Below, piece after piece: positions 9,918 through 18,902 of a DNA stretch of 64,000 bases (position 1 is its first letter; every line of letters starts with the position of its first letter). The notes beneath the pieces were generated by a model. It was not told the origin of the DNA and ran no database searches. It saw only the letters and a list, made by a program, of their open reading frames with translations. Both the position numbers and the translations under genes were made by a program. The DNA is from Spirochaetia bacterium. GTDB lineage: Bacteria; Spirochaetota; Spirochaetia; DSM-27196; Salinispiraceae. Where the stretch lies: assembly GCA_038204425.1 (NCBI GenBank), contig JBBRCZ010000001.1, positions 96,001 through 160,000 on the forward strand, read 5' to 3'.

Positions 9918-10904
9918 TTATTGAATAAACGTTTTAGGGTCGCGTGCTTTGCCATTGAAAAGAATTTCAAAATGAAGGTGCGCGCCAGTAGACTGACCGG
10001 TATTGCCGATATTGCCGAGGTTTTGGCCAGCGCGCAATCGTTGATTTCGTTTGACGCTGACTTTGCTCAAATGGCCATACATACTGGTGTAACCATTGCC
10101 GTGGTCCAATACTACATAGTTACCGTAGATTATGTGAAAACCAGTATCACTTACGGTACCATCAGCTGCCGCCATTACATTCGTGCCAAAGGGTGCAACC
10201 ATGTCAATGCCCTCGTGTCGAATTAGAGCACCCGTGATAGGATTTCGTCTCGGACCATAGGCAGAAGACAGACGGTAACTTGTAAGCGGAGATTGAAACA
10301 AGCTTCCCAAAAAGGCCAGACGTTCGTGGGGAGAGAAATCTTCACCCGGAAAGAAGGAGAAGCTTTCTACTCGAGTGCCTCTATCTAATCTGATTGAGGC
10401 GACCAGACTGCGTTTTTGGGCGAGTCTTGAGCCAAGTAACTGCTCAAGCTGCGACAAAGGTGGATCAATTAAAAAAATTCCTGCCAGGTTTGGCAAAACG
10501 AGCTCCAAGCCCTCGCTAACTCGTGCAGGATTATCCAAGCGGTTGAGACTTACAATGGTGCTATAGGGAATATTGAGTCGCGCGCTTATTGAATAGATCG
10601 ATTCTTGTTTTTTTACTAGGTATTTGACAAAATTGAGACTGGGAAGCCTTTGTTTGAGGGATTGCGCTCGATAGAATTTTACAATATCGGCAGTAAGTTG
10701 ATCAAAAATTGCATCACCACGTAAGAGTCTATCCACATAGGGCAGTTCATCAATTGAAACGTCGGCCAACAATACATGCCCACTTCCGGAGAAAAGCAAG
10801 ACAATCAGTGTCATGCAACAGCGCTGGGCATGACCAATTTTGCATAGTGAGCTTTGTATTGATTTAAAACTATTGATCAATAATTGCAAGAAACCGATCC
10901 TCAA
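9918..10904 (-). CDS. LysM + M23 family metallopeptidase
   Basis: LysM (YLVKKQESIYSIS...LN), HEGID, YGHL and HLHFE motifs. Start may be ATG 10814. Confidence 0.9.
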   Translation of the reverse strand: MRIGFLQLLINSFKSIQSSLCKIGHAQRCCMTLIVLLFSGSGHVLLADVSIDELPYVDRLLRGDAIFDQLTADIVKFYRAQSLKQRLPSLNFVKYLVKKQESIYSISARLNIPYSTIVSLNRLDNPARVSEGLELVLPNLAGIFLIDPPLSQLEQLLGSRLAQKRSLVASIRLDRGTRVESFSFFPGEDFSPHERLAFLGSLFQSPLTSYRLSSAYGPRRNPITGALIRHEGIDMVAPFGTNVMAAADGTVSDTGFHIIYGNYVVLDHGNGYTSMYGHLSKVSVKRNQRLRAGQNLGNIGNTGQSTGAHLHFEILFNGKARDPKTFIQ

Positions 10905-11703
10905 TCTTTCGTCTTTCGGTCAATGATCTACCTATTTTTCTATCGGGGCGAATCTCACCATGGAAGTCTGAACCGGCGCTAACGCCAAGATTTAGTTCTT
11001 TTGCTATAGCTTCCAACCTAAGGGCGTCCTTGTAGCTTGCGCCAGGATGCCAAACTTCAATGCCATCGAGGTTCTTGTTTTTGTAGTCCGTGAGCACTTC
11101 AAAAAGTCTATTCCATGATAGATACAAAGTATGCGGGTGGGCAATCACCGCCTTACCTCCAGCTTGATGGATCGTTTCGATTGCCTCTTCCAATAGTAAG
11201 CCTCCCATTGGTCGATAAAGCGGCTTTCCTTGCCCTAAGTATCGGTCAAACGCGTCCTTGCGATCACGAGCTTTACCGATGTGCACCAAGTAATCCGCAA
11301 AGTGTGGCCGCCCCAAGCTGCCCCCAGAACTGAAGGCTGTCACTTTTGTGATATCGGTATCAATACCTGCGGAGTTCATAGCCTCAATTATAGAAAGGTT
11401 ACGATTGAGTCTTTGCTCTACTGAAAGTTTGACCAAGTTTGTCATCTTGGTTTTGTAGTCGATTATGTTTAAGCCGAGTAGGTGAAAGATGCCTTGGTCA
11501 GCCCATTTTATTTCGAGCTCTATGCCGGGAACAAAACGAATTCCTGCCTCCTTGCTGGCCTGCGCGGCTTCTTCTAAACCGTTGGTTGTATCGTGGTCAG
11601 TCAAAGCAAGTACCAAAATATCATTGTCTTTGGCGTGATTAACCAGTTGACTTGGACTTAGGGTACCGTCACTTGCTGTTGAATGTGCATGTAAATCTAT
11701 CAT
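10870..11703 (-). CDS. PHP domain protein (TrpH/YciV-like phosphoesterase)
   Basis: DLHAHSTASDG, TDHDT, GRPHFA, AHP and GSDFHG motifs. Confidence 0.9.
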   Translation of the reverse strand: MIDLHAHSTASDGTLSPSQLVNHAKDNDILVLALTDHDTTNGLEEAAQASKEAGIRFVPGIELEIKWADQGIFHLLGLNIIDYKTKMTNLVKLSVEQRLNRNLSIIEAMNSAGIDTDITKVTAFSSGGSLGRPHFADYLVHIGKARDRKDAFDRYLGQGKPLYRPMGGLLLEEAIETIHQAGGKAVIAHPHTLYLSWNRLFEVLTDYKNKNLDGIEVWHPGASYKDALRLEAIAKELNLGVSAGSDFHGEIRPDRKIGRSLTERRKIEDRFLAIIDQ

Positions 11704-11763
11704 GATTAGAAATGTACTTGATTTTAGCCTCTTAAGCTATTAAGGTGATATGGGGAGAGATCA

Positions 11764-12795
11764 GTGCCACAGGCGATGAACTACAAGGCTAACTCCGTTA
11801 TTTACTTCCGGGGAGATGCCAGCAAAAAGATCTATATCCTCCAGTCCGGTCGCATAATACTCAAGCGAGATGATATGGAGACTGGGCAGGAAGTGCAGGA
11901 AACAATACAGACAGGTGAGTTTTTTGGGGTAAAATCGGCCCTTGGTAAATATATACGCGATGAAGATGCCATCGTAGTTTCCGATAGTCAGGTGCTTATG
12001 TTTTTGGTGCCAGAGTTTGAAGCCTTGGTTATGCAAAATACACGCGTCGGTATGAAAATGCTTAAGGTTTTTTCCAATCAACTAAGACGACTGCATGCCA
12101 AAGTCAAATCGTTGATGGCCCTTGACGAAAACCGCAGTCCGGAAGATGGCATGTTTCATAGCGCCGAATACTACTTGAAGAAGAAAAAATACACCGAAGC
12201 AATCTACATACTCAGGAAGTATGAAAAATATTTTCCTTCAAGCACCAAAATGTCAGATGTTAAGAGATATCTAAACCTTGCTGAGAGCTACGCACAAAAA
12301 TATGGATCTGGAAACGGCCCCGCGATTATTGAAGACCGAGCTCAAGGTTCACGCAATCCAGGTGCTGCTCGAGCCAACCCAAATGCTGCGCCCAAAAAAG
12401 AAGCCGCAGGTGAAGAGCCTGGCGAAAAAGAGTACTACGACGCGGTTAGCCTAATGAGTCAGGAAGACTTTAAATCTGCATTTCAGGCCTTTAAAGTAAT
12501 TTCTGACAAGTACACTGGCAGCGAGACGGGACGAAAAGCTTCGTTTGAAATGGGACGCTGTTTGTTTGGCCTAAAACAATATGAGATTGCTATCAAGCAC
12601 ATGGGTGCCTTAATTAAAGAGTTTCCAGAAATGCCCGAAATGGCAGATACGCTCTATGTGGTTGGGCAGTCGTATGATAAATCGGGCGAGAAAACCAAAG
12701 CAGCCAGTGTCTACGAAAGAATTCTTCAAATTGGCAAGCTAGAAGAAGATGTGCGCAGAAAAGTAAAACTTGCCCAGAAAGCGCTTGGAGGCTGA
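11764..12795 (+). CDS. Cyclic-nucleotide-binding domain protein with C-terminal TPR repeats
   Basis: N-terminal cNMP fold (IYILQSG...GEFFG), then TPR-like helices (YYDAVSL, ASFEMGRCLF, LYVVGQSY). Confidence 0.85.
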   Translation: MPQAMNYKANSVIYFRGDASKKIYILQSGRIILKRDDMETGQEVQETIQTGEFFGVKSALGKYIRDEDAIVVSDSQVLMFLVPEFEALVMQNTRVGMKMLKVFSNQLRRLHAKVKSLMALDENRSPEDGMFHSAEYYLKKKKYTEAIYILRKYEKYFPSSTKMSDVKRYLNLAESYAQKYGSGNGPAIIEDRAQGSRNPGAARANPNAAPKKEAAGEEPGEKEYYDAVSLMSQEDFKSAFQAFKVISDKYTGSETGRKASFEMGRCLFGLKQYEIAIKHMGALIKEFPEMPEMADTLYVVGQSYDKSGEKTKAASVYERILQIGKLEEDVRRKVKLAQKALGG

Positions 12796-12798
12796 TCG

Positions 12799-13437
12799 AT
12801 GTCAGGCATGCAAGGGTTTGAACGATTTGCCGTCACCTATGAAAAAGGTGATATGATTTTTTGTGAGCACGAGGCTGGCGACGCCTTTTACCTGATCCAG
12901 GAAGGTAGGGTCAGAATTTCAAAAATCATCGGCGATTTTGAAAAGACGCTAGATGTTTTGATGCCTGGTGAGGTATTTGGAGAAATGGCTATCCTAGAAG
13001 ATGCACCTCGCTCAGCAAGTGCATTAGCCTTGGACAAAGTCAAGGCTCTGCAGTTCAACAAAGCCAATTTTGAAATATTGCTTATGGGGCAACCTCAAAT
13101 TACCCTAAAAATTCTAAAGCTTTTTACCAAGCGAATCTACGACCAAAAAAGACGCTTTCAAATCTTGACCATCGACGATCCAATGGCTCGTATTGGGGAC
13201 GTATTTTTGATGCTTGCAGAATCACAAACCGAAGAGCAACAAATAGGTGAGAAGAGAATATTTGAGACTTCCATGGAAGACATAGCATTGTGGGCAGGAA
13301 TGCCTATCGACAAGGCTCGCGAGATTCTAAACCATCTTGCCGGACAGCGACGTATTGAGATTTCCAAAGACAAAATAATTGTGCTCAATATTCATGACCT
13401 GGGTCGGATGGTCAGTTCTCGCCGCAAAGGTGTTTAG
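12799..13437 (+). CDS. Crp/Fnr family transcriptional regulator
   Basis: FYLIQEG, GEVFGEMA and PRSA phosphate-binding cassette, with a C-terminal HTH-like region. Confidence 0.88.
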   Translation: MSGMQGFERFAVTYEKGDMIFCEHEAGDAFYLIQEGRVRISKIIGDFEKTLDVLMPGEVFGEMAILEDAPRSASALALDKVKALQFNKANFEILLMGQPQITLKILKLFTKRIYDQKRRFQILTIDDPMARIGDVFLMLAESQTEEQQIGEKRIFETSMEDIALWAGMPIDKAREILNHLAGQRRIEISKDKIIVLNIHDLGRMVSSRRKGV

Positions 13438-13465
13438 ACCCTAGATTGACGGGGTATCTAGCTCG

Positions 13466-15163
13466 TCAGTTTAGAATCTTTGAACGGTTTAACGCGCTTA
13501 CTATAGCTTTGAGTCCCGAAAGAGTAATGCTTTGGTCAATTCCAACGCCCCAATATTCAGCCTTGGTGGCCGCGCTTCTAAGCAGTACATAAGCAATTGC
13601 CTGGCTTCCAGCTCCCTTTCCCAGTGAGTCTTCGTGGAACTCCAAAACTTCGTGGCTAATAATGCCGACGCTTGCCAAAGCAGCTACAAAGGCTTCGACC
13701 GGTCCAGAGCCTTTGCCAACAATTTTATGCCGCTTGTCGGCTATCCGGATTTCGGCGCTCAACTTTGTCTTACCATTATGTTCTTTTATTTTCTCGCCCT
13801 TAAAAGAGATAAGCTCCAAGCTGCCGTTTCGATTGCAATAATGTTCAGAAAAAATCGCATGAATGTCGTCTGCGGTGACTTCTCTTCCCAATTGATCAGC
13901 ATGGATATTCACAAGGTTGCCAAGCTCTGGGCGCATTGCTTTGGGCAGATCAATGCCAAAGATGCTTTTTAGTACCCAGGCCACTCCAGCCTTACCACTC
14001 TGGCTGTTGATGCGAATAATAGCCTCATAGTCTCTCCCGATATCCTTAGGGTCGATCGGAAGGTAGGGGACGTCCCATTGCAATTGCTCGTAGTTGTCGC
14101 TATCCACGGCTGGCTGTTTGATGACTGTAGTTCTTTTTTCTAAAGCCTTTTTGATAGCGTCTTGGTGGCTTCCAGAAAAGGCAGTAAAGACAAGATCCCC
14201 TGAGTAGGGCGTCCTTGGATGTATGTCCATGCCAGTAAACTGACGATATGATTCGGCAATTTGCGTAAGATTTGAGAAGTCGAGACCTGTTTCAATGCCC
14301 TGACTAAACATGTTGAGTGCCATAGTCACAATGTCTAGATTGCCTGTTCGTTCACCATTGCCAAACAGTGTTCCTTCTATTCTTTGAGCGCCAGCCAAGA
14401 GACCAAGTTCAGCAGCTGCAATTCCTGTTCCGCGATCATTATGAGTGTGCAGACTGATAGTGACTTTGTCAGGCTCGGAAAAATTTCTGCAAAACCACTC
14501 TATTTGATCTGCGTGCTGATTGGGCATGCAGACCTCAACGGTGGCAGGTAAATTGAGAATCAGCTTTGACGTACCATAAGTAAACCAGGCATCTTTGACA
14601 GCTTCGCAGACTTCCAAAGAAAAATCTGGTTCTGTTTGAGTAAAACTTTCTGGAGAATACTCCAGACTTAGTTCTGTGTTGGTCAGCATGACACTGTGCT
14701 TCTTAATCAGATTGACCCCATCAACGGCGATAGCCAGAACTTCGGCCCGGCTCATGCCAAAGGTATAGTTTCTTTGCGCGGGAGAGGTGCTATTGTAAAG
14801 GTGAAAGATCACCCGTTTGGCTCCCTTAACAGCTTCAAGGCTACGAACGATGAGATGTTCTCGTGCTTGGCAGAGAATCTGAATAATTACATCGTCAGGT
14901 ATACGGTTTTCATCAATAAGTCGACGACAGAAGTCAAATTCAATTTGCGAGGCAGAAGGGAAGCCAATTTCGATTTGCTTAAAACCGATGTTTATCAAGA
15001 GCTCAAACATACCTAGTTTTTGTTCTACGGTCATTGGGTCAATCAAAGCTTGGTTGCCGTCGCGCAGGTCAACAGAACACCACTGCGGGGTCTGTGTGAG
15101 CACTTTGTCAGGCCAGCGTCGATCCTTTACTTGAACAGGCTTAAAGGCTTGGTATTTTTTCAT
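13466..15163 (-). CDS. leuA: 2-isopropylmalate synthase (LeuA2/yeast type)
   Basis: WCSVDLRDGNQAL, YSPESF, HTHNDRG, GNGERTGN and SGSHQDAI motifs. Confidence 0.95.
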   Translation of the reverse strand: MKKYQAFKPVQVKDRRWPDKVLTQTPQWCSVDLRDGNQALIDPMTVEQKLGMFELLINIGFKQIEIGFPSASQIEFDFCRRLIDENRIPDDVIIQILCQAREHLIVRSLEAVKGAKRVIFHLYNSTSPAQRNYTFGMSRAEVLAIAVDGVNLIKKHSVMLTNTELSLEYSPESFTQTEPDFSLEVCEAVKDAWFTYGTSKLILNLPATVEVCMPNQHADQIEWFCRNFSEPDKVTISLHTHNDRGTGIAAAELGLLAGAQRIEGTLFGNGERTGNLDIVTMALNMFSQGIETGLDFSNLTQIAESYRQFTGMDIHPRTPYSGDLVFTAFSGSHQDAIKKALEKRTTVIKQPAVDSDNYEQLQWDVPYLPIDPKDIGRDYEAIIRINSQSGKAGVAWVLKSIFGIDLPKAMRPELGNLVNIHADQLGREVTADDIHAIFSEHYCNRNGSLELISFKGEKIKEHNGKTKLSAEIRIADKRHKIVGKGSGPVEAFVAALASVGIISHEVLEFHEDSLGKGAGSQAIAYVLLRSAATKAEYWGVGIDQSITLSGLKAIVSALNRSKILN

Positions 15164-15204
15164 TGGGAACCTCCGTTTAGAACACGAACCAGGGTACTAA
15201 GAAT

Positions 15205-15236
15205 AAAAAAACCCGCTGCCGTCATTCGGCAGCGGG
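15205..15236 (-). terminator. Attenuator terminator in the leuA leader
   Basis: CCCGCTGCCG-AATGA-CGGCAGCGGG followed by 7 T, about 40 nt before the leuA ATG. Confidence 0.85.
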
Positions 15237-15265
15237 CTATTGACCGCTATGTGGCGCTTTGAGAA

Positions 15266-15367
15266 TCAATGCTCGTTCTGAGCACTTTCCAAAAGCAACC
15301 TGCCGAATTTTTGGCTTGCGTAAATTAGTAGTAGATTTTTTAGTAAACTATCTTTAGTCTTCATCAT
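15266..15367 (-). CDS. Leucine attenuator leader peptide (33 aa)
   Basis: MMKTKDSLLKNLLLIYASQKFGRLLLESAQNEH*: 8 Leu including CTA CTA CTA, upstream of the terminator and leuA. Confidence 0.75.
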   Translation of the reverse strand: MMKTKDSLLKNLLLIYASQKFGRLLLESAQNEH

Positions 15368-15382
15368 CCGCCCTTATCGTAT

Positions 15383-15412
15383 AGCGTAACTTCTTTCTTA
15401 ACCTTGGGTCAA
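15383..15412 (-). promoter_or_regulatory. Putative sigma70 promoter of the leuA leader
   Basis: TTGACC-N18-TACGCT on the minus strand. Confidence 0.45.
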
Positions 15413-15488
15413 GCATTTTTTTTGTTTACGATCGTTTGTTTTCCTGCTATAGTGCCTGCCAACTGGCCCAATGCCTGAGGAGATAGCC

Positions 15489-18278
15489 ATGCACGTCATC
15501 GAACTCGAAAAAACGTTTAATCCAAAAGATTTTGAAGAAAGAATATATGCACTATGGACGAGTCGCGATTGCTTTAAGCCAGAATCAGGCAATCAAGGAC
15601 GTTATTTTTCAGACCCTAGTCAAACTAAATCCAAGGATCCGGATGCCAGTGACAAGCCTTTTGTAATTGTAATTCCGCCACCCAACGTCACAGGTGTTCT
15701 GCACTTAGGACACGGCCTCAACAGTAACTTGCAAGATATTTTGGTTCGTTTTCATCGGATGCTTGGTGAAAAGACGCTCTGGGTACCTGGTACCGACCAT
15801 GCTGGTATAGCCACTCAAAGTGTTGTAGAAAAAAAACTCAGGGCCAAAGGAATTAGAAGGACCGAGATCGGCCGCAAGGCTTTTTTAGAAGAGACATGGA
15901 AGGTCAAAGAAGAGCACCACGGCATCATTTCAGATCAGCTCAAGAAGATTGGCAGTTCCTGCGATTGGAGCCGTGAACGCTTTACCATGGATGAGGGTTT
16001 GTCACAAGCGGTCAAGGAAGTATTCGTTACTCTGTACGAACGCTCATTGATCTACCGCGGCACCTACTTGGTCAATTGGTCAGTTGGCGTGCAATCTGCC
16101 CTATCTGATGATGAAGTCGAGTTTAAAGAAGTCAAAGGTAAGATGTACAAAATTCGCTACCCATTGGCCGATGGAAGTGGCTTTTTACAAATCGCGACCA
16201 CTCGACCAGAGACGCTTTTGGGCGACACTGCCCTTGCGGTTCATCCTGAAGATGATCGTTATAGCCGTCTACATGGCAAAGAAGTCGTCCTTCCCTTGTG
16301 CAATAGGAATATAAAAATTATTGCTGACGGCATGGTCGCCAGAGATTTTGGTACCGGTGTTGTTAAGATTACGCCAGCACATGACTTTAATGACTACCAG
16401 ACTGGCAAGCGGCATAATTTAGAAGAAATTAATATTATGAATCCCGATGGGACAATCGCCGATAGCGCACCAGAAAAATATCGCGGTCTTAAAATGATTG
16501 AGGCTCGCAAAGCGGTGATTGAGGATCTCGAAGCTCTTGGGCTCTTTGATGGGGCCGATGAACACATTCATCAAGTTGGGCACTGTTACCGAACTGATAC
16601 TATTATTGAGCCCTATCTTTCCGAACAGTGGTTCGTGCGCATGCAACCACTGGCACAGAAGGCTCTTAAGGCCTTAGAAGATGGTCAGATTAGGTTCTAT
16701 CCCAAGAGATGGGAAAATACTTACTCACACTGGATGCTAACCATCCGGGACTGGTGTATCAGTCGTCAACTGTGGTGGGGGCACCGTATACCTGTCTGGT
16801 ATGACCTTGATAGTGGTGAAATGATAGTTTCTCGCGGCGATCCAAGCACAGAAGCGCAGTACGCTGGCAGAAGGCTCAAGCAAGATGAAGACGTGCTTGA
16901 CACCTGGTTCTCCAGCTGGCTCTGGCCCTTTAGTGTGATGGGCTGGCCGCAAAATACCAGTGATCTAAAGACCTACTATCCGACAAGCACTTTGGTTACC
17001 GCCTATGACATAATTTTCTTTTGGGTGGCGCGCATGGTTATGGCTGGCCTTGAGTTTACAGGTCAGGTTCCGTTTAAGGACATATACATAACACCCTTAG
17101 TTAGGGACAAACAAGGCCGCAAAATGTCAAAAAGCCTTGGAAATGGCATAGACCCGATTGAGATTGTCGACCAGTTTGGTGCCGATGCTCTCAAGTTCAC
17201 TCTGGCCTTTCTGTCTGCACAAGGGCAAGACATTTTGATGGATAAAGAAAGCTTTGGTATCGGAAGCCGCTTCGCCAACAAGATTTGGAATGCCACTAGG
17301 TATATTTTGATGAACATCGAGGGTCGAACCTATTTATCTTTTAAAAAAATTTTAGCAGGCGACTTTGGTGGACTGAGTGATATCGATCGTTGGATTTTGC
17401 ACCGACTCAATCAAAGTGCGAAAATAGTCAGACAGGCGCTTATTGCCTATCGCTTCAATGATGCTTCAAGCGCTGCCTATGAGTTCTTTTGGAATGATTT
17501 TTGCGATTGGTACATCGAAGCGAGCAAGCTGTCACTCTATCAAGGAGATGACGCTGAAAAAGATCGAGCCTTAACAATTATTCTGCACGTGCTTGAAGAA
17601 AGCCTTAAGCTATTGCATCCTTTTTTACCTTTGCTTAGCGAAGAAATCTACCAGCGACTGCCCCAGAACTCAGATCCAGAGCTTCGGCGTATGTTCAATC
17701 GGCCAGAGGGGCTTTTATTAATCAATCAACCCTATCCGCAATTTAGTGAAAAATTTGAAAATACGAGTATAGTAGCTGGATTTGACACCTTGGCTGAACT
17801 TGTTCGTGGAATAAGAACCTTACGAAGTGAGTTTACGGTAAGTCCAGCCGCTAAAATAGTAGTTGCGGTCAACTTGTCAAGTCTTGCAAGCAATGACACT
17901 GATGGCTTAGAAAGCCAGCGATTTATTCAAAAACAAGCTGCTCTAATTTCCAGTCTAGCTGGCCTAGGCAAGCTAGACTGGTTTGAAGCTGGTAGCTCGG
18001 CACCACGCCCAGGCGCCATAGCGCTTGCAGGCAAAACCTGGGAAGCCTTGGTTTATATCAAGGACAGCATTGATCTTGCGGCCGTTGTTGCGAGACTAGA
18101 AAAGACAATCGAAAAAGAAGAAAAGGCTTTGGTTTCTATGGCCGCTAAACTCTGTAATCCAGGATTTCTAAAAAATGCGGGCGCTGAAGTTATTGACAAG
18201 GAGCGCCAGAAAGTCGCGGATTTGGAAGCTGCAATTGTTAAGATGAAGCACTACGTAACAGAGTTGGTCGACCTGTAG
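15489..18278 (+). CDS. valS: Valine--tRNA ligase
   Basis: PPPNVTGVLHLGH, DWCISRQLWWGH and KMSKS motifs, C-terminal coiled coil; GAGGAG before ATG 15489. Confidence 0.97.
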   Translation: MHVIELEKTFNPKDFEERIYALWTSRDCFKPESGNQGRYFSDPSQTKSKDPDASDKPFVIVIPPPNVTGVLHLGHGLNSNLQDILVRFHRMLGEKTLWVPGTDHAGIATQSVVEKKLRAKGIRRTEIGRKAFLEETWKVKEEHHGIISDQLKKIGSSCDWSRERFTMDEGLSQAVKEVFVTLYERSLIYRGTYLVNWSVGVQSALSDDEVEFKEVKGKMYKIRYPLADGSGFLQIATTRPETLLGDTALAVHPEDDRYSRLHGKEVVLPLCNRNIKIIADGMVARDFGTGVVKITPAHDFNDYQTGKRHNLEEINIMNPDGTIADSAPEKYRGLKMIEARKAVIEDLEALGLFDGADEHIHQVGHCYRTDTIIEPYLSEQWFVRMQPLAQKALKALEDGQIRFYPKRWENTYSHWMLTIRDWCISRQLWWGHRIPVWYDLDSGEMIVSRGDPSTEAQYAGRRLKQDEDVLDTWFSSWLWPFSVMGWPQNTSDLKTYYPTSTLVTAYDIIFFWVARMVMAGLEFTGQVPFKDIYITPLVRDKQGRKMSKSLGNGIDPIEIVDQFGADALKFTLAFLSAQGQDILMDKESFGIGSRFANKIWNATRYILMNIEGRTYLSFKKILAGDFGGLSDIDRWILHRLNQSAKIVRQALIAYRFNDASSAAYEFFWNDFCDWYIEASKLSLYQGDDAEKDRALTIILHVLEESLKLLHPFLPLLSEEIYQRLPQNSDPELRRMFNRPEGLLLINQPYPQFSEKFENTSIVAGFDTLAELVRGIRTLRSEFTVSPAAKIVVAVNLSSLASNDTDGLESQRFIQKQAALISSLAGLGKLDWFEAGSSAPRPGAIALAGKTWEALVYIKDSIDLAAVVARLEKTIEKEEKALVSMAAKLCNPGFLKNAGAEVIDKERQKVADLEAAIVKMKHYVTELVDL

Positions 18279-18285
18279 TTAAAAA

Positions 18286-18759
18286 TTAGTCGAATTCGGG
18301 CAAGGCTTCGAGCACACGGTACCAAGACACTTGGAGCTGGTACTTGATTCGCGGATCGTAGTTAAACATTTGAGTGAAGCCTTTTGGTTGCTGGCTATTC
18401 TTGCTGTCGCGAACAAAAATTTCACCCCTTACAAGTACTTTAGAACCTTGTTTTTCGTATAGTTCTCCAGTGAATCTGCCCGCAATTGCTAGAGTGCTAA
18501 GGGCAGGGTAACTGTCGCCTTCTTTGGCTTGTGGGCTATTTATCTCTGGGTCGGTAATTGGCCTATCCAAAACTATAACTAAAGTCGCACTACGCGCGCT
18601 TCCGTGTGTTTTTATGGTGCCGCTTAGCTCAAGCGAGGCTGCTCTGACGTTGCTAACGCTCTTACCGCAAGAACCAAGAAGCCCAATCATGAGCATCAAA
18701 GTTCCTGTTACTATTCCAGCGACCATACTAGGGACTAGAACGCGCAACGTGATTTTCAT
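18286..18759 (-). CDS. Putative lipoprotein of unknown function
   Basis: Hydrophobic signal ending in the lipobox LLGSC; GAGGTG SD upstream. Confidence 0.65.
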   Translation of the reverse strand: MKITLRVLVPSMVAGIVTGTLMLMIGLLGSCGKSVSNVRAASLELSGTIKTHGSARSATLVIVLDRPITDPEINSPQAKEGDSYPALSTLAIAGRFTGELYEKQGSKVLVRGEIFVRDSKNSQQPKGFTQMFNYDPRIKYQLQVSWYRVLEALPEFD

Positions 18760-18816
18760 TTAGTAAACACCTCAAAAACAATGTATCGGAAATTGCTATA
18801 GTCGGCGATACTTATT

Positions 18817-18862
18817 TTGCGCTAAGGCAATTGTAAAAGTTTTAGAAACTGCCTTAGCGCAA
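18817..18862. repeat. Inverted repeat / stem-loop downstream of metY
   Basis: TTGCGCTAAGGCA ... TGCCTTAGCGCAA (13-bp perfect arms, extendable inward); no U-tract on the metY strand. Confidence 0.6.
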
Positions 18863-18902
18863 GGAACACAAAATTAATTTTACGAGAACCGCACAGCCGA
18901 AT

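Noticed and set aside
9530..10226. Several short ORFs spanning the PBP1A/M23 intergenic region
   Set aside because: They overlap real genes and cross a clear terminator and RNA hairpin, with no protein motifs.
15413..15488. Possible T-box upstream of valS
   Set aside because: The region is too short and has no T-box motif; a TGcTATAGT -10 lies ~35 nt before the start.
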